Below, piece by piece: positions 20,004 through 29,067 of a DNA stretch of 64,000 nucleotides. Numbering within the stretch: position 1 is the stretch's first letter; the number at the start of each line of letters is the position of its first letter. A model generated the notes under the pieces. That model made no database searches. It worked only from the letters and a program-made list of their open reading frames with translations, and was not told where the DNA came from. Source of the DNA: an uncultured bacterium (lineage in GTDB: Bacteria > Fidelibacterota > Marinisomatia > Marinisomatales > Marinisomataceae); NCBI GenBank assembly GCA_943841495.1, contig CALSYL010000004.1, forward strand, positions 173,592 to 237,591, given 5' to 3'. Both the position numbers and the translations under genes were made by a program.

Positions 20004-20507
20004 ATGGAATTCAGTTCAAAAGAAAAATTTTTCCTTAAAAATAAATATAAAAATTTAAGCAGAAACACGGGTTTAAAAATTTCCTCAAGCGGAACAACTT
20101 TGATAATTCTTCCAGATAGTGATATTGCATTTGATTTAGCAAAACTTTTTTTCAATAAGGCTGATAGTAAGATAACTTTTCTATTAAAAGATTCAATTAC
20201 GGGTTTTTATCCAAATGAAATTATTTCACAATGCATTCAATATACTTATAGCGATATGAACTCCTTGGGATTACCTAGAGAAGTTTTCATTCAAAAAATT
20301 CAACAATATAATTTTGAAAATATGATCGATTTAAATGTGTCATTTAGTCGATTTGGCGCCTATCTTTCATTGTTAAGTGATACTAAAGTTAGAATGGGTT
20401 TTAATTATGATAATTCAAAAAAATATTATAATGTTATATTAGACTCTAATTATCAGCGCGATTTAGATGGAACATTTAAAATGATACAACAGTTTATTAA
20501 GATATAA
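20004..20507 (+). CDS. Hypothetical protein, weakly resembling the N-terminal half of GT9 heptosyltransferases
   Basis: LIILPDSDIAFDLAKL...KITFLLKD and MIDLNVSFSRFGAYLSLLSDTKVRMGF recall GT9 N-domain motifs. There is no catalytic C-domain. TAATG junction with the next ORF. Confidence 0.3.
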   Translation: MEFSSKEKFFLKNKYKNLSRNTGLKISSSGTTLIILPDSDIAFDLAKLFFNKADSKITFLLKDSITGFYPNEIISQCIQYTYSDMNSLGLPREVFIQKIQQYNFENMIDLNVSFSRFGAYLSLLSDTKVRMGFNYDNSKKYYNVILDSNYQRDLDGTFKMIQQFIKI

Positions 20508-21271
20508 TGAAAAGCATTAAAAAAATTTTGCTATCAGAGTTAATAATAAATGATACCATTTTTTTACCGAAAGATAGTTTGCAGTATCCATGGCAATGGA
20601 TAGCAAATATTGACTATTTCTTTAAAGATATGCAAAGCTCCAAGTCATCATTTGAAAATGTTGTAATTGATGAATCTAATGGCCCTGTTTTCATTTCGGA
20701 ATCTGCAAGTATTGAGCCTTTTACTATTATTAATGGCCCTGTTTTTATTGGGGAAAATTGTTTAATTAAATCTCATTCAAATATTTCTAATTCAATTATT
20801 AACCATAGTTGTAAAATTAAAGGAGAGATTCATACATCAATTTTCCAGCCATTTTCAAATAAAGCACACGAAGGATTTATTGGTCATAGTTTTATTGGAT
20901 CTTGGGTTAATCTAGGAGCTGGAACAACAACCAGTAATTTAAAAAATAATTATTCTGATGTATCTATTAGATGGGATGAATCATTAATAAGCACTAATTC
21001 AATATTCTTTGGATCAATTATTGGTGACCACGTTAAAACTTCAATTGGTACTAATTTAAATACTGGAACTGTTATAGAAATGGGATCTAATATAGTATCA
21101 CAATCATTTCCTCCTAGACACATACCTTGCTTTTCATTTTTTTATAAAGGCAAATTATCAAAAATCAAATTTGATGATTTTAAAAAAACAGCAGAAGCGT
21201 CAATGAAGAGAAGAAATGTTGATTTCTCCTCATATGTAGATAAGTTTTTGGTTGTTTACAAAAAAGATTGA
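20507..21271 (+). CDS. Left-handed beta-helix protein corresponding to the C-terminal part of 'putative sugar nucleotidyl transferase' (alternative GlmU-like)
   Basis: KAHEGFIGHSFIGSWVNLGAGTTTSNLKNNY, GDHVKTSIGTNLNTGT and FPPRHIPCFSF. It lacks the usual N-terminal nucleotidyltransferase domain. Confidence 0.6.
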   Translation: MKSIKKILLSELIINDTIFLPKDSLQYPWQWIANIDYFFKDMQSSKSSFENVVIDESNGPVFISESASIEPFTIINGPVFIGENCLIKSHSNISNSIINHSCKIKGEIHTSIFQPFSNKAHEGFIGHSFIGSWVNLGAGTTTSNLKNNYSDVSIRWDESLISTNSIFFGSIIGDHVKTSIGTNLNTGTVIEMGSNIVSQSFPPRHIPCFSFFYKGKLSKIKFDDFKKTAEASMKRRNVDFSSYVDKFLVVYKKD

Positions 21272-21305
21272 CTCAATAGTAAACTAATAATATCTTCGTT
21301 TCATC

Positions 21306-21710
21306 ATGAGCACATTTGATTTAAATGAAATAGATGAAGTAATAACTCCCTGTTGCGATGTGGAAATTAAAACTTCTGAAATTAAACCTAATTTAAAATG
21401 CCCTGCATGTGGAGGAAACTTCAAGCAGAGAATTTTTTTGCCTTTCCTAGAATATCTAATGGAAAACGGACATGTTGAAAATCTAGATTTTTTTGATTTA
21501 GACTTGTATAACCAAGATAAAGAAGCACTTGATAGCGATGATGATGAAATTCAGCTAGATAAATATGAAGTTAAAAAAGATAGCTTAAATATCTATGAAG
21601 ATGATGCAAGACATGGTGGAAATACTGTTGCAGCAGAAACAGAAACAACCATTGACGAATCTGCTGTTTCAAGCGATTGGACCAAATTCGCAACCGAAGA
21701 TTCTGATTAA
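21306..21710 (+). CDS. Hypothetical zinc-ribbon protein with a long acidic tail
   Basis: CC-x19-CPAC, followed by a D/E-rich C-terminal half ending in TEDSD. Confidence 0.5.
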   Translation: MSTFDLNEIDEVITPCCDVEIKTSEIKPNLKCPACGGNFKQRIFLPFLEYLMENGHVENLDFFDLDLYNQDKEALDSDDDEIQLDKYEVKKDSLNIYEDDARHGGNTVAAETETTIDESAVSSDWTKFATEDSD

Positions 21711-21766
21711 AATTTTCTTTTAATAGCTTATTTAAAATACTAAATTATTTAAAACGTAGATTTATC

Positions 21767-21839
21767 AGGCTATAAAAAATGTGAAAGATTGTAAGACTTT
21801 CCCCCGCTTATCAACTTTCTTTTATAGCCTGTTTTTTTT
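21767..21839 (+). terminator. 11-bp stem (AGGCTATAAAA/TTTTATAGCCT) enclosing a 42-nt loop, followed by G+T8
   Basis: Read directly. It lies 57 nt after the 21306..21710 stop. The loop contains the GC-rich core TTTCCCCCGC. Confidence 0.5.
21793..21833 (+). repeat. Intergenic element copy 1 (AAGACTTTCCCCCGCTTATCAACTTTCTTTTATAGCCTGTT)
   Basis: 31 identical positions in my hand alignment with 56939..56978, including TTTCCCCCGC, TCAACT and CCTGTT. Confidence 0.45.
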
Positions 21840-21917
21840 ACAATAATTAATTGTCTAATACAATCTATAGGGGTTATATTGAAATAGACTGAATAGTCGG
21901 TTTTATAAGGGAAAATT

Positions 21918-22682
21918 ATGAAAATAGCAGTTTTAACAAAAGCAATTCCAAGCTATGAGTCAAGCATCAGAGTAGATAGTTCTGGTAAGTGGATTGATGA
22001 ATCAGTAGTTAACTATGTTGTGAATGAAAGTGATTCATATGCATTGGAAGAAGCATTGCAAATAAAAGAAAATATTGGTATTGAAACTGAAGTTGTTGTA
22101 GTAACACTTGGTTCGGAAGCAAATACATCAAAAGTTATTAAAGATGGCTTGGCTAAAGGAGCTGATAGAGGAATTTTCATTAAAAATGATTCAGTAACAA
22201 CAGATCCATTATCTATTGCTAAACTTTTTTCTGAGCATCTAAAGTCAGAAAATTTTGATCTAGTTTTGTCTGGCTTGCAATCAGATGATATGGGGGCAGG
22301 TCAAACAGGCGTCCTGATTGGAGAAATGTTAAATATGTCTACAGCTACTTTAGCTATAGAGACCCAAGCTCAACCTGATAAGATTAAAGTTAAAAGAGAG
22401 TTAGAATCTGGATGGTTTCAGTGGGTAAGTTTACCGCTTCCAGCAAGTATCTCAATCCAATCTGGAATTAATGAACCTCGCTATCCTTCACTTAAAGGTA
22501 TAATGGGAGCTAAAAGAAAAGAATTAAATACTTATGATGGTAGCCCAGAAAATCAATCTCAAAACTTTGTTAATCTTTATGTTCCAAAAAATGAAAAAGT
22601 AACAGAGAAGATTGAAGGCGATACTGACACTATTGTTTCAAAGATTATGGATGTATTAAAAAACAAATTAAAGGTTATATAA
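21918..22682 (+). CDS. etfB: Electron transfer flavoprotein beta subunit
   Basis: 254 aa. NESDSYALEEAL, LVLSGLQSDD and PRYPSLKGIMGAKRK. Confidence 0.9.
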   Translation: MKIAVLTKAIPSYESSIRVDSSGKWIDESVVNYVVNESDSYALEEALQIKENIGIETEVVVVTLGSEANTSKVIKDGLAKGADRGIFIKNDSVTTDPLSIAKLFSEHLKSENFDLVLSGLQSDDMGAGQTGVLIGEMLNMSTATLAIETQAQPDKIKVKRELESGWFQWVSLPLPASISIQSGINEPRYPSLKGIMGAKRKELNTYDGSPENQSQNFVNLYVPKNEKVTEKIEGDTDTIVSKIMDVLKNKLKVI

Positions 22683-23653
22683 TGATACTAGTTGTTTTAG
22701 AAAATCAAAGAGGTAGTATTCACCCATTTAGTATTGAAGCTGTTGCAGCTGGACAAAGATTTGCAAGTGAGCTTAACTGCAATCTAGGAATTGTTTGTAT
22801 GGGAGAAAAGGTTGATGAACTTAAAAGTCAGGCCCAAAATTTTAAGTCATCTCAACTTATCATTGCTAAAAACCCAATGATTGATATGTACTCAGCAGAT
22901 GGGTATTCTAAAGTTTTATCAAACATTATTAATGAGTTATCTCCAAAATATGTATTGATGGGTCATTCTTATATGGTCAGAGACTTTTTACCTAGAGTCA
23001 GTGCTAAACTAGATATTCCATTTGTGAGCGATATAATTTCTGTAGATTTTAATAACGGCTCTCCATTGTATTCAAAGCAAGTTTTTAACGCCAAATTAGC
23101 TACTAGCATAGAACTGTCTTCAGATCAAGCTCTATTGAGTTTTCAATCTGCTGCATTTTCTAGCGATGATATTGAAAATGGGTCGCCTGAAACTGAAATT
23201 GAGTTTGACGTTCAAATATCAGATCAAGACATTAGATCAGAAAGTGAGCCTGAATTTCAAGAATCATCTAGTGGAGTTGATTTAACTGCAGCCGAGTTAA
23301 TAGTTTCAGTTGGTAGAGGCATTGAAAGTGAAGATAATTTACCTTTAATGCAATCATTAGCTGACTCAATGGGAGCTGAAGTAGCTTCATCAAGACCAGT
23401 AGTGGACATGGGATGGTTGCCAGCATACAGGCAGGTTGGTAGTTCCGGTCAAGTTGTATCTCCTAAATTATACTTTTCTGTAGGAATATCTGGTGCAATT
23501 CAGCATGTTGTAGGCATGAAAGGATCAAAAAATATTTTAGCTATCAATAAAGATGAAGATGCGCCAATTTTTGAAATTGCAGATTATGCTGTAATTGGAG
23601 ATTTGATGGAAATTGTTCCTAAGCTAACAGAGGAAATTAATAACTCTAAGTAA
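22682..23653 (+). CDS. etfA: Electron transfer flavoprotein alpha subunit
   Basis: VSVGRG, SRPVVDMGW, QVGSSGQVVSPKLYFSVGISGAIQH and AINKDEDAPIF. Confidence 0.9.
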   Translation: MILVVLENQRGSIHPFSIEAVAAGQRFASELNCNLGIVCMGEKVDELKSQAQNFKSSQLIIAKNPMIDMYSADGYSKVLSNIINELSPKYVLMGHSYMVRDFLPRVSAKLDIPFVSDIISVDFNNGSPLYSKQVFNAKLATSIELSSDQALLSFQSAAFSSDDIENGSPETEIEFDVQISDQDIRSESEPEFQESSSGVDLTAAELIVSVGRGIESEDNLPLMQSLADSMGAEVASSRPVVDMGWLPAYRQVGSSGQVVSPKLYFSVGISGAIQHVVGMKGSKNILAINKDEDAPIFEIADYAVIGDLMEIVPKLTEEINNSK

Positions 23654-23661
23654 TTTACTCT

Positions 23662-25512
23662 ATGTTACAATTTTCCTTATTAGAACAAATAGCTTTAGCT
23701 GTTTTCCTTTTATCGGGAGTATCCTTTTTTTTATATCACCTTCTATTAAGATTAAAAATAGTTCTTAAAGGAAAATCTGACTTCACAGTTAATGATCTTC
23801 CAAAAAGAATTTTACGAGTATTCAATGAGGTTATACTCCATAAAAAAGTAGCAAGTGGAAATAGAAAATCTGCAGGGGTATTACATGCTTTTGTTATGTA
23901 TGGATTTATTTTTTTTGGACTAATCACTGTTAACCATTTTGGAATGGCGTTCGGATTGCCAATTTTTAACGAATCTATTAGGCATACTTATTTCTTATTT
24001 GTTGGAGCGCCATGGGCTATCTTATGCTCTATTGGTATTCTTGGTCTGGCATACAGAAGATTCGTAACAAAACCTGAAGCGCTTGGAAAATTTTCAAGTA
24101 CATCTGCATTAGTTTCTGTATTCATTGTTACATTAATGACAACTTACTTTATTGATGAACTGCATATACTATCCGGGGCAGCTGAAAAAGTTAATTGGTG
24201 GATTCATTCGGGCGTTATAGGAGGATTTTTATTTTTAATTCCTCAATCTAAACATATGCATTTAGTTTTATCTCCTTTTAATATATTTTTAAGACCTTTT
24301 GAAGTACCAAATCATGGAGCTATTCCAATTGATTTGGAAGCTTCAGAAGAAGAATTAGATAACCTATTGCTTGATCTTTCAAGGCTAAGTAAAGATCAGG
24401 CTCTTGATATTTTTACCTGCGTTGAATGTGGAAGATGTACCGATGTATGTCCAGCAAATAGAGGTGGTGGAATTTTAGATCCAAAGTATCACTTTATTTT
24501 AGATTTAAAAGATCCAATGCTTGAAAGTGGAGATGTTAACGTTGTTGATAAAATTAATGTTGAAGCTGGATGGGAGTGTACAACTTGTCAGGCATGTACC
24601 GAAGTGTGTCCAGTTGGTAACCATGTTGAAAAAGCTGATGAAATTAGAAGTTTTCAAGTTCTTGCCGAAGGAGACGTTCCACAAGAATACCAAAAGTTGC
24701 TAAGAAATTTACAGGAAACTGGAAATACCGAAGGAGCATCATCTAGTGCTATTTTAGATGAATTACCAGCGTATACATCTGATAAAGAATTAGTATTATG
24801 GCTTGGGTGTTTTGCTAAGCATGCTATGGATCCAAACTTCATTAACTCTATAAGAAATTTTGTCAAAATTCTTGATTCCGCCGGAGTTTCATACGGCGTA
24901 CTAAGTAATGAACAATGTTCTGGTGATCCTGCTAATAAATTAGGAGATAAACTAACTTATCAATTACTTATGGATCAGAATGTTGAGCAGCTAAATAAAG
25001 TTAAAAATGTAACCTCAATGTGCCCTCATTGCGTTGTAAATCTTCAGAAAGAATATAAAAAATATCATGAAATAAAATATGAAGTCAAACATCATACCCA
25101 AGTAATATCAGAGTTACTAGAAGAAGGAAGAATTGATATAAATCCTGGTTCTTTAGAAAAAGTTACTTATCATGATCCATGTAACTTATCTAGAACCTTA
25201 GATGAGGTATCAGCTCCTAGAAATGCAATTAAAGCTGCAGCTCCTGAATTTTTTGAGTTAGATGAAAATGGGAAAGAGACGTTATGCTGTGGTGCAGGCG
25301 GCGCTCTTTGGTGGAAGAAGGATGGAGGAGAAGGAAGAACTCATCTGTTAAGAGCCGAGCAAGTAATCGAATCTAAAACAGATACTGTAGTAACTGGATG
25401 TAATTTTTGTTATGGTATGATGAATCAGGGAATTGGACCATTAACTCCTGCAGATCAAGAGCCAATCAAAGTTAAAGACGTCGCAGATATTGTAGCTGAG
25501 AATCTTTCTTAA
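23662..25512 (+). CDS. Membrane-anchored (Fe-S) oxidoreductase with two 4Fe-4S motifs and CCG domains (EtfD-like ETF oxidoreductase)
   Basis: N-terminal multi-TM domain. CVECGRCTDVCP, CTTCQACTEVCP and CCGAGG. It sits 8 nt after etfA. Confidence 0.75.
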   Translation: MLQFSLLEQIALAVFLLSGVSFFLYHLLLRLKIVLKGKSDFTVNDLPKRILRVFNEVILHKKVASGNRKSAGVLHAFVMYGFIFFGLITVNHFGMAFGLPIFNESIRHTYFLFVGAPWAILCSIGILGLAYRRFVTKPEALGKFSSTSALVSVFIVTLMTTYFIDELHILSGAAEKVNWWIHSGVIGGFLFLIPQSKHMHLVLSPFNIFLRPFEVPNHGAIPIDLEASEEELDNLLLDLSRLSKDQALDIFTCVECGRCTDVCPANRGGGILDPKYHFILDLKDPMLESGDVNVVDKINVEAGWECTTCQACTEVCPVGNHVEKADEIRSFQVLAEGDVPQEYQKLLRNLQETGNTEGASSSAILDELPAYTSDKELVLWLGCFAKHAMDPNFINSIRNFVKILDSAGVSYGVLSNEQCSGDPANKLGDKLTYQLLMDQNVEQLNKVKNVTSMCPHCVVNLQKEYKKYHEIKYEVKHHTQVISELLEEGRIDINPGSLEKVTYHDPCNLSRTLDEVSAPRNAIKAAAPEFFELDENGKETLCCGAGGALWWKKDGGEGRTHLLRAEQVIESKTDTVVTGCNFCYGMMNQGIGPLTPADQEPIKVKDVADIVAENLS

Positions 25513-25754
25513 GAGTTTTTAAAAATATCTATCGCAGAGCAAGGCTCGCCAAAATAAATTCTCTTAGCATATTTTGTTAAGTTTGTTGCAATGATAAGAT
25601 AAGCCCAAGTAGGAATTTGAGCCTCTGAACATCCTTTGATAATTACTCTTTTATTTTCAAACTTTGACCAATCTGTCAATTTTACTTTTGCTCTAAAATC
25701 TTTTTCTTTTATCATGCCTTCTGTTAAGAACTCGTCTAGACTAATACTTTCCAT
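25509..25754 (-). CDS. DUF2480-like protein, single-repeat (half-size) version
   Basis: VIIKGCSEAQIPTWAYLIIATNL..AKRIYFGEPCSAIDIF matches the DUF2480 repeat as I recall it. Its start overlaps the sufS stop. Confidence 0.55.
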   Translation of the reverse strand: MESISLDEFLTEGMIKEKDFRAKVKLTDWSKFENKRVIIKGCSEAQIPTWAYLIIATNLTKYAKRIYFGEPCSAIDIFKNS

Positions 25755-26947
25755 TATTTAATGACTTGAATAGCTTTATTAATTTTTTCAACGAGAAAAT
25801 CTACTTCACTAAAAGTGTTGTAAAAGTAAAAACTAGCTCTAGCACATGCTGAGATGTCTAATGCTTGCATTAATGGTTGACAGCAATGATGGCCAGAACG
25901 AATAGTGATTCCTTCAAAATCAAGAAAATGAGCTAGATCTAATGAGTGAACACCCTCAATGTTGAAGCTTAAAATTGGAGTCCTATCTTTTGCATCACCA
26001 TAAATTGATATTCCATTTATTGAATTCATTTTTTCAATAGCATACTCCATTAGTTTGTTATCATGACTCTCTAAACAATTTTCAAGATAATCTGCAGCAG
26101 GAGAAAGTGCTATTACTTGTGCTATCATAGGTGTACCTGGCTCAAATTTATGAGGAATAGATGTCCATGATGAATTTTCCATTGTAACAGTTTTAATAAT
26201 ACCGCCACCAGTTTGATATGGCTCCATTTTATCCAGAAGTTCTTCTTTACCATATAATACTCCAACGCCAGTAGGGCCTAGCATTTTATGACCAGAAAAT
26301 GCATAAAAATCACATCCGAGTTCTTCAACACTAACTTTCATATGTGGTATAGCTTGACACCCATCTAGCATAATTTTTGAACCATTTTTGTGCGCAAGAT
26401 TAACAAATTCTTTTACGGGATTTATAGTTCCAAAAACATTAGATGCATGTGTAATACTTACCATTTTAATATTTTTATCCAACGCATTTTTAAATTTGTC
26501 CACATCGATTGTGCCGTCACTAGAAGACTTTAGGTATTTAATCTTTGCACCAGTTTTCTTACATATCATTTGCCATGGAATTATGTTTGAATGATGTTCC
26601 ATATCTGTTAAAAGAACTACATCATTTTTTGATAAATTATTATACCCCCACGATTCGGCAACCAGATTAATGCTTTCGGTTGCACTTTTAGTGAAAACAA
26701 TTGATTTTTCTGATGCTCCAATGAGTTTTGCAATTCTTTTTCTGCTATTCTCAAAAGCATTTGTAGCTTTTTCTCCAAGCTCATATACGCTTCTGTGAAC
26801 GCTCCCTCTATATTTTTCATAATATTCTAACTCACTTTGAATAACCTGATTGGGGGTAAGACTTGTTGCTGCGCTATCTAAATAAACTAAAGGTTTATCT
26901 CTATTAGTTTGACCTAGACTGGGGAAATCTTTTCGTATTTCATTCAT
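25754..26947 (-). CDS. sufS: Cysteine desulfurase, SufS type
   Basis: YLDSAATS, SGHKMLGPTGVGVLYG and RSGHHCCQP. Confidence 0.9.
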   Translation of the reverse strand: MNEIRKDFPSLGQTNRDKPLVYLDSAATSLTPNQVIQSELEYYEKYRGSVHRSVYELGEKATNAFENSRKRIAKLIGASEKSIVFTKSATESINLVAESWGYNNLSKNDVVLLTDMEHHSNIIPWQMICKKTGAKIKYLKSSSDGTIDVDKFKNALDKNIKMVSITHASNVFGTINPVKEFVNLAHKNGSKIMLDGCQAIPHMKVSVEELGCDFYAFSGHKMLGPTGVGVLYGKEELLDKMEPYQTGGGIIKTVTMENSSWTSIPHKFEPGTPMIAQVIALSPAADYLENCLESHDNKLMEYAIEKMNSINGISIYGDAKDRTPILSFNIEGVHSLDLAHFLDFEGITIRSGHHCCQPLMQALDISACARASFYFYNTFSEVDFLVEKINKAIQVIK

Positions 26948-26949
26948 AT

Positions 26950-27471
26950 TTAATATAAACCTAGTTGTAACTTTGCAGCATCACTCATCATGTCTTGATT
27001 CCATTGCGGTTCCCATACTAGCTCAACTTCAACTTCCTTAGCACCGCTAAGTGACGAGAGTTTTTGCTTAACTTCATCTGCTATAACAGGACCCATTCCA
27101 CAGCCAGGTGCAGTTAATGTCATTTGAATAAGAATATTTACACCCTCACCTTTTTCAGTGATTTGACAATTATAAACTAGTCCTAAATCAACAATATTTA
27201 CTGGAATTTCAGGATCATAGCAGGTATGAAGCACGTTCCATACTTCTTCTTCATTAGCAAAATTATTTGAATCAACTTGTCTTTTTTCTTCGCCAATTGC
27301 TTCTCCGTCAATACCATTAACTTGATACATGTTCCCTTCAACGACAACAGTGTAGTTATCTCCAAGAGATTGTGAGATTATTCCTGACATACCTTTTTTT
27401 AGAGTTGTCTTAATACCATCAGGGACACTGTGTACAACAACATCTTGTAGAATAATAAATTCCTTATGCAT
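26950..27471 (-). CDS. sufT: SUF Fe-S assembly protein SufT-like (N-terminal domain plus DUF59)
   Basis: CYDPEIPVNIVDLGLVY and TLTAPGCGMGP. 173 aa. Confidence 0.7.
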   Translation of the reverse strand: MHKEFIILQDVVVHSVPDGIKTTLKKGMSGIISQSLGDNYTVVVEGNMYQVNGIDGEAIGEEKRQVDSNNFANEEEVWNVLHTCYDPEIPVNIVDLGLVYNCQITEKGEGVNILIQMTLTAPGCGMGPVIADEVKQKLSSLSGAKEVEVELVWEPQWNQDMMSDAAKLQLGLY

Positions 27472-27889
27472 TACTTAATTCCCTTTTAATGTATTCTAAA
27501 GAGCCTATAAATCCATTTTGTCTTTGACTAGAAATCGAGGGCCCAATATTTAACCATTCAAATAAACTGTTACAATCATCAAAGCTATCAATAAAATTAA
27601 TAATACTATTTTTTTCCGAATTATTAAATGCAATTTGCAAAACCTTTAGCAAACCTTTAACTACACTACTTTCTGAATTTGCTTTAATCAAAATATTGTC
27701 TTTATCAAATACAATCTTAATCCATGTTTGAGAATTGCATGCGTGAATTTTATTATTTTCGTTGCAATCAGATTTACTGATTAAATCTAATTTTTTCCCA
27801 AGATCAATTAGATATATCAATTTATCTTGACCATCCAAAATAGAGAAACCATCGCGGATGTTTAAAAGATTATTTTTTATTTTATCCAT
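27464..27889 (-). CDS. sufE: SufE-family sulfur acceptor
   Basis: 141 aa. HACNSQTWI corresponds to the GC.S.VW active-site loop. Located in the suf operon. Confidence 0.75.
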   Translation of the reverse strand: MDKIKNNLLNIRDGFSILDGQDKLIYLIDLGKKLDLISKSDCNENNKIHACNSQTWIKIVFDKDNILIKANSESSVVKGLLKVLQIAFNNSEKNSIINFIDSFDDCNSLFEWLNIGPSISSQRQNGFIGSLEYIKRELSNA

Positions 27890-29066
27890 TTATCCAACTA
27901 TCCAAAGCAATTTCGGATATATCTTGGACCGATGAAAGAGAAAATTCATCAATAACTTCTTTGGCAAATGCTTTAATTAGCATTTTTTGAGCACTGCTTT
28001 GATCAATACCTCTTGCTCTCAAATAGAAAATACTGTTTTCGTCTAAAGCCCCAGTAGTTGAACCGTGCCCACAAGATACATCATCAGCATAAATTTCTAA
28101 TTGGGGGTTTGAAAAGGCTGTAGAATCAAGAGATAGAAGTAGATTCTTATTTGATTGATTAGAATCTGTATGTTGGGCGCCTTCAGCAACAATAACTTTA
28201 CCATTAAAAACTGCAGTAGATTTGTTATCTAAAATATTTCGCACATGTTGGAAGCTTGTACAATGCTCAGCATTATGGTTTATTAAGATGTTATTATCAA
28301 GGTGCTGTTCATTTTTCACAAGATTTAAAATATTAATCTTTGCATCACTGCCTGTATTGTTAAGATCTATTTCAATAAATTCTTTACTAAAAATAGAGTT
28401 TTTATTCATTGAGTCTATATTCAAGCAAACATCTTTGCCTACCTCATAGTAGCTATAGGAAAGTAAATGGCAATCAGATTTCTCTTCAATATATTTTCCA
28501 AATTTTAAATTTGAAGCATCATCGCAAATAAATTTATTTAGCTTAAGGTTAAAACTTGGAGTGCCTTCATTGATATCTTTCTCAATAATTGAAACTTGGG
28601 ATCCTTCTTCAAAATGAAAAATATTAAAGGATGTTATTCTACAATCACTTGAATTATTTTCAAAAAAATTAATAATCTTAATTGGATTTTCTAGAGTTGT
28701 ATTTTTTTTAAATTTAATATAATGGCCACTCTCAAAATCAGACATTCCAAGATTAAACATAGAATCATTTGAGAATGTATTTGAAAATGCAAAAACGTTT
28801 TCATCGTTTATATTTACTAAATCCTGAATTTCTAAATTATCTTTAAATTTAAAATTCTCTAATGTATCAAGGCATAACTTTCCATTAATGAAAAGTAAAG
28901 TTGATTCATCAGTTTCAATTTTCCTAGATACTATGTCAGGAGAATCTTGCTTATCAAACTTTATCAAATTTTTACTAGAAGTAAATTTCCAATTTTCTAG
29001 TTTTTTTGAAGGGTAGCCTTGTTTATTAAAAAAATCTGAACTTATTTTTTTAAGGATATCAATCAT
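27882..29066 (-). CDS. sufD: Fe-S cluster assembly protein SufD
   Basis: C-terminal PQLEIYADDVSCGHGSTTG and LFYLRARGI. Confidence 0.85.
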   Translation of the reverse strand: MIDILKKISSDFFNKQGYPSKKLENWKFTSSKNLIKFDKQDSPDIVSRKIETDESTLLFINGKLCLDTLENFKFKDNLEIQDLVNINDENVFAFSNTFSNDSMFNLGMSDFESGHYIKFKKNTTLENPIKIINFFENNSSDCRITSFNIFHFEEGSQVSIIEKDINEGTPSFNLKLNKFICDDASNLKFGKYIEEKSDCHLLSYSYYEVGKDVCLNIDSMNKNSIFSKEFIEIDLNNTGSDAKINILNLVKNEQHLDNNILINHNAEHCTSFQHVRNILDNKSTAVFNGKVIVAEGAQHTDSNQSNKNLLLSLDSTAFSNPQLEIYADDVSCGHGSTTGALDENSIFYLRARGIDQSSAQKMLIKAFAKEVIDEFSLSSVQDISEIALDSWING

Positions 29067-29067
29067 A

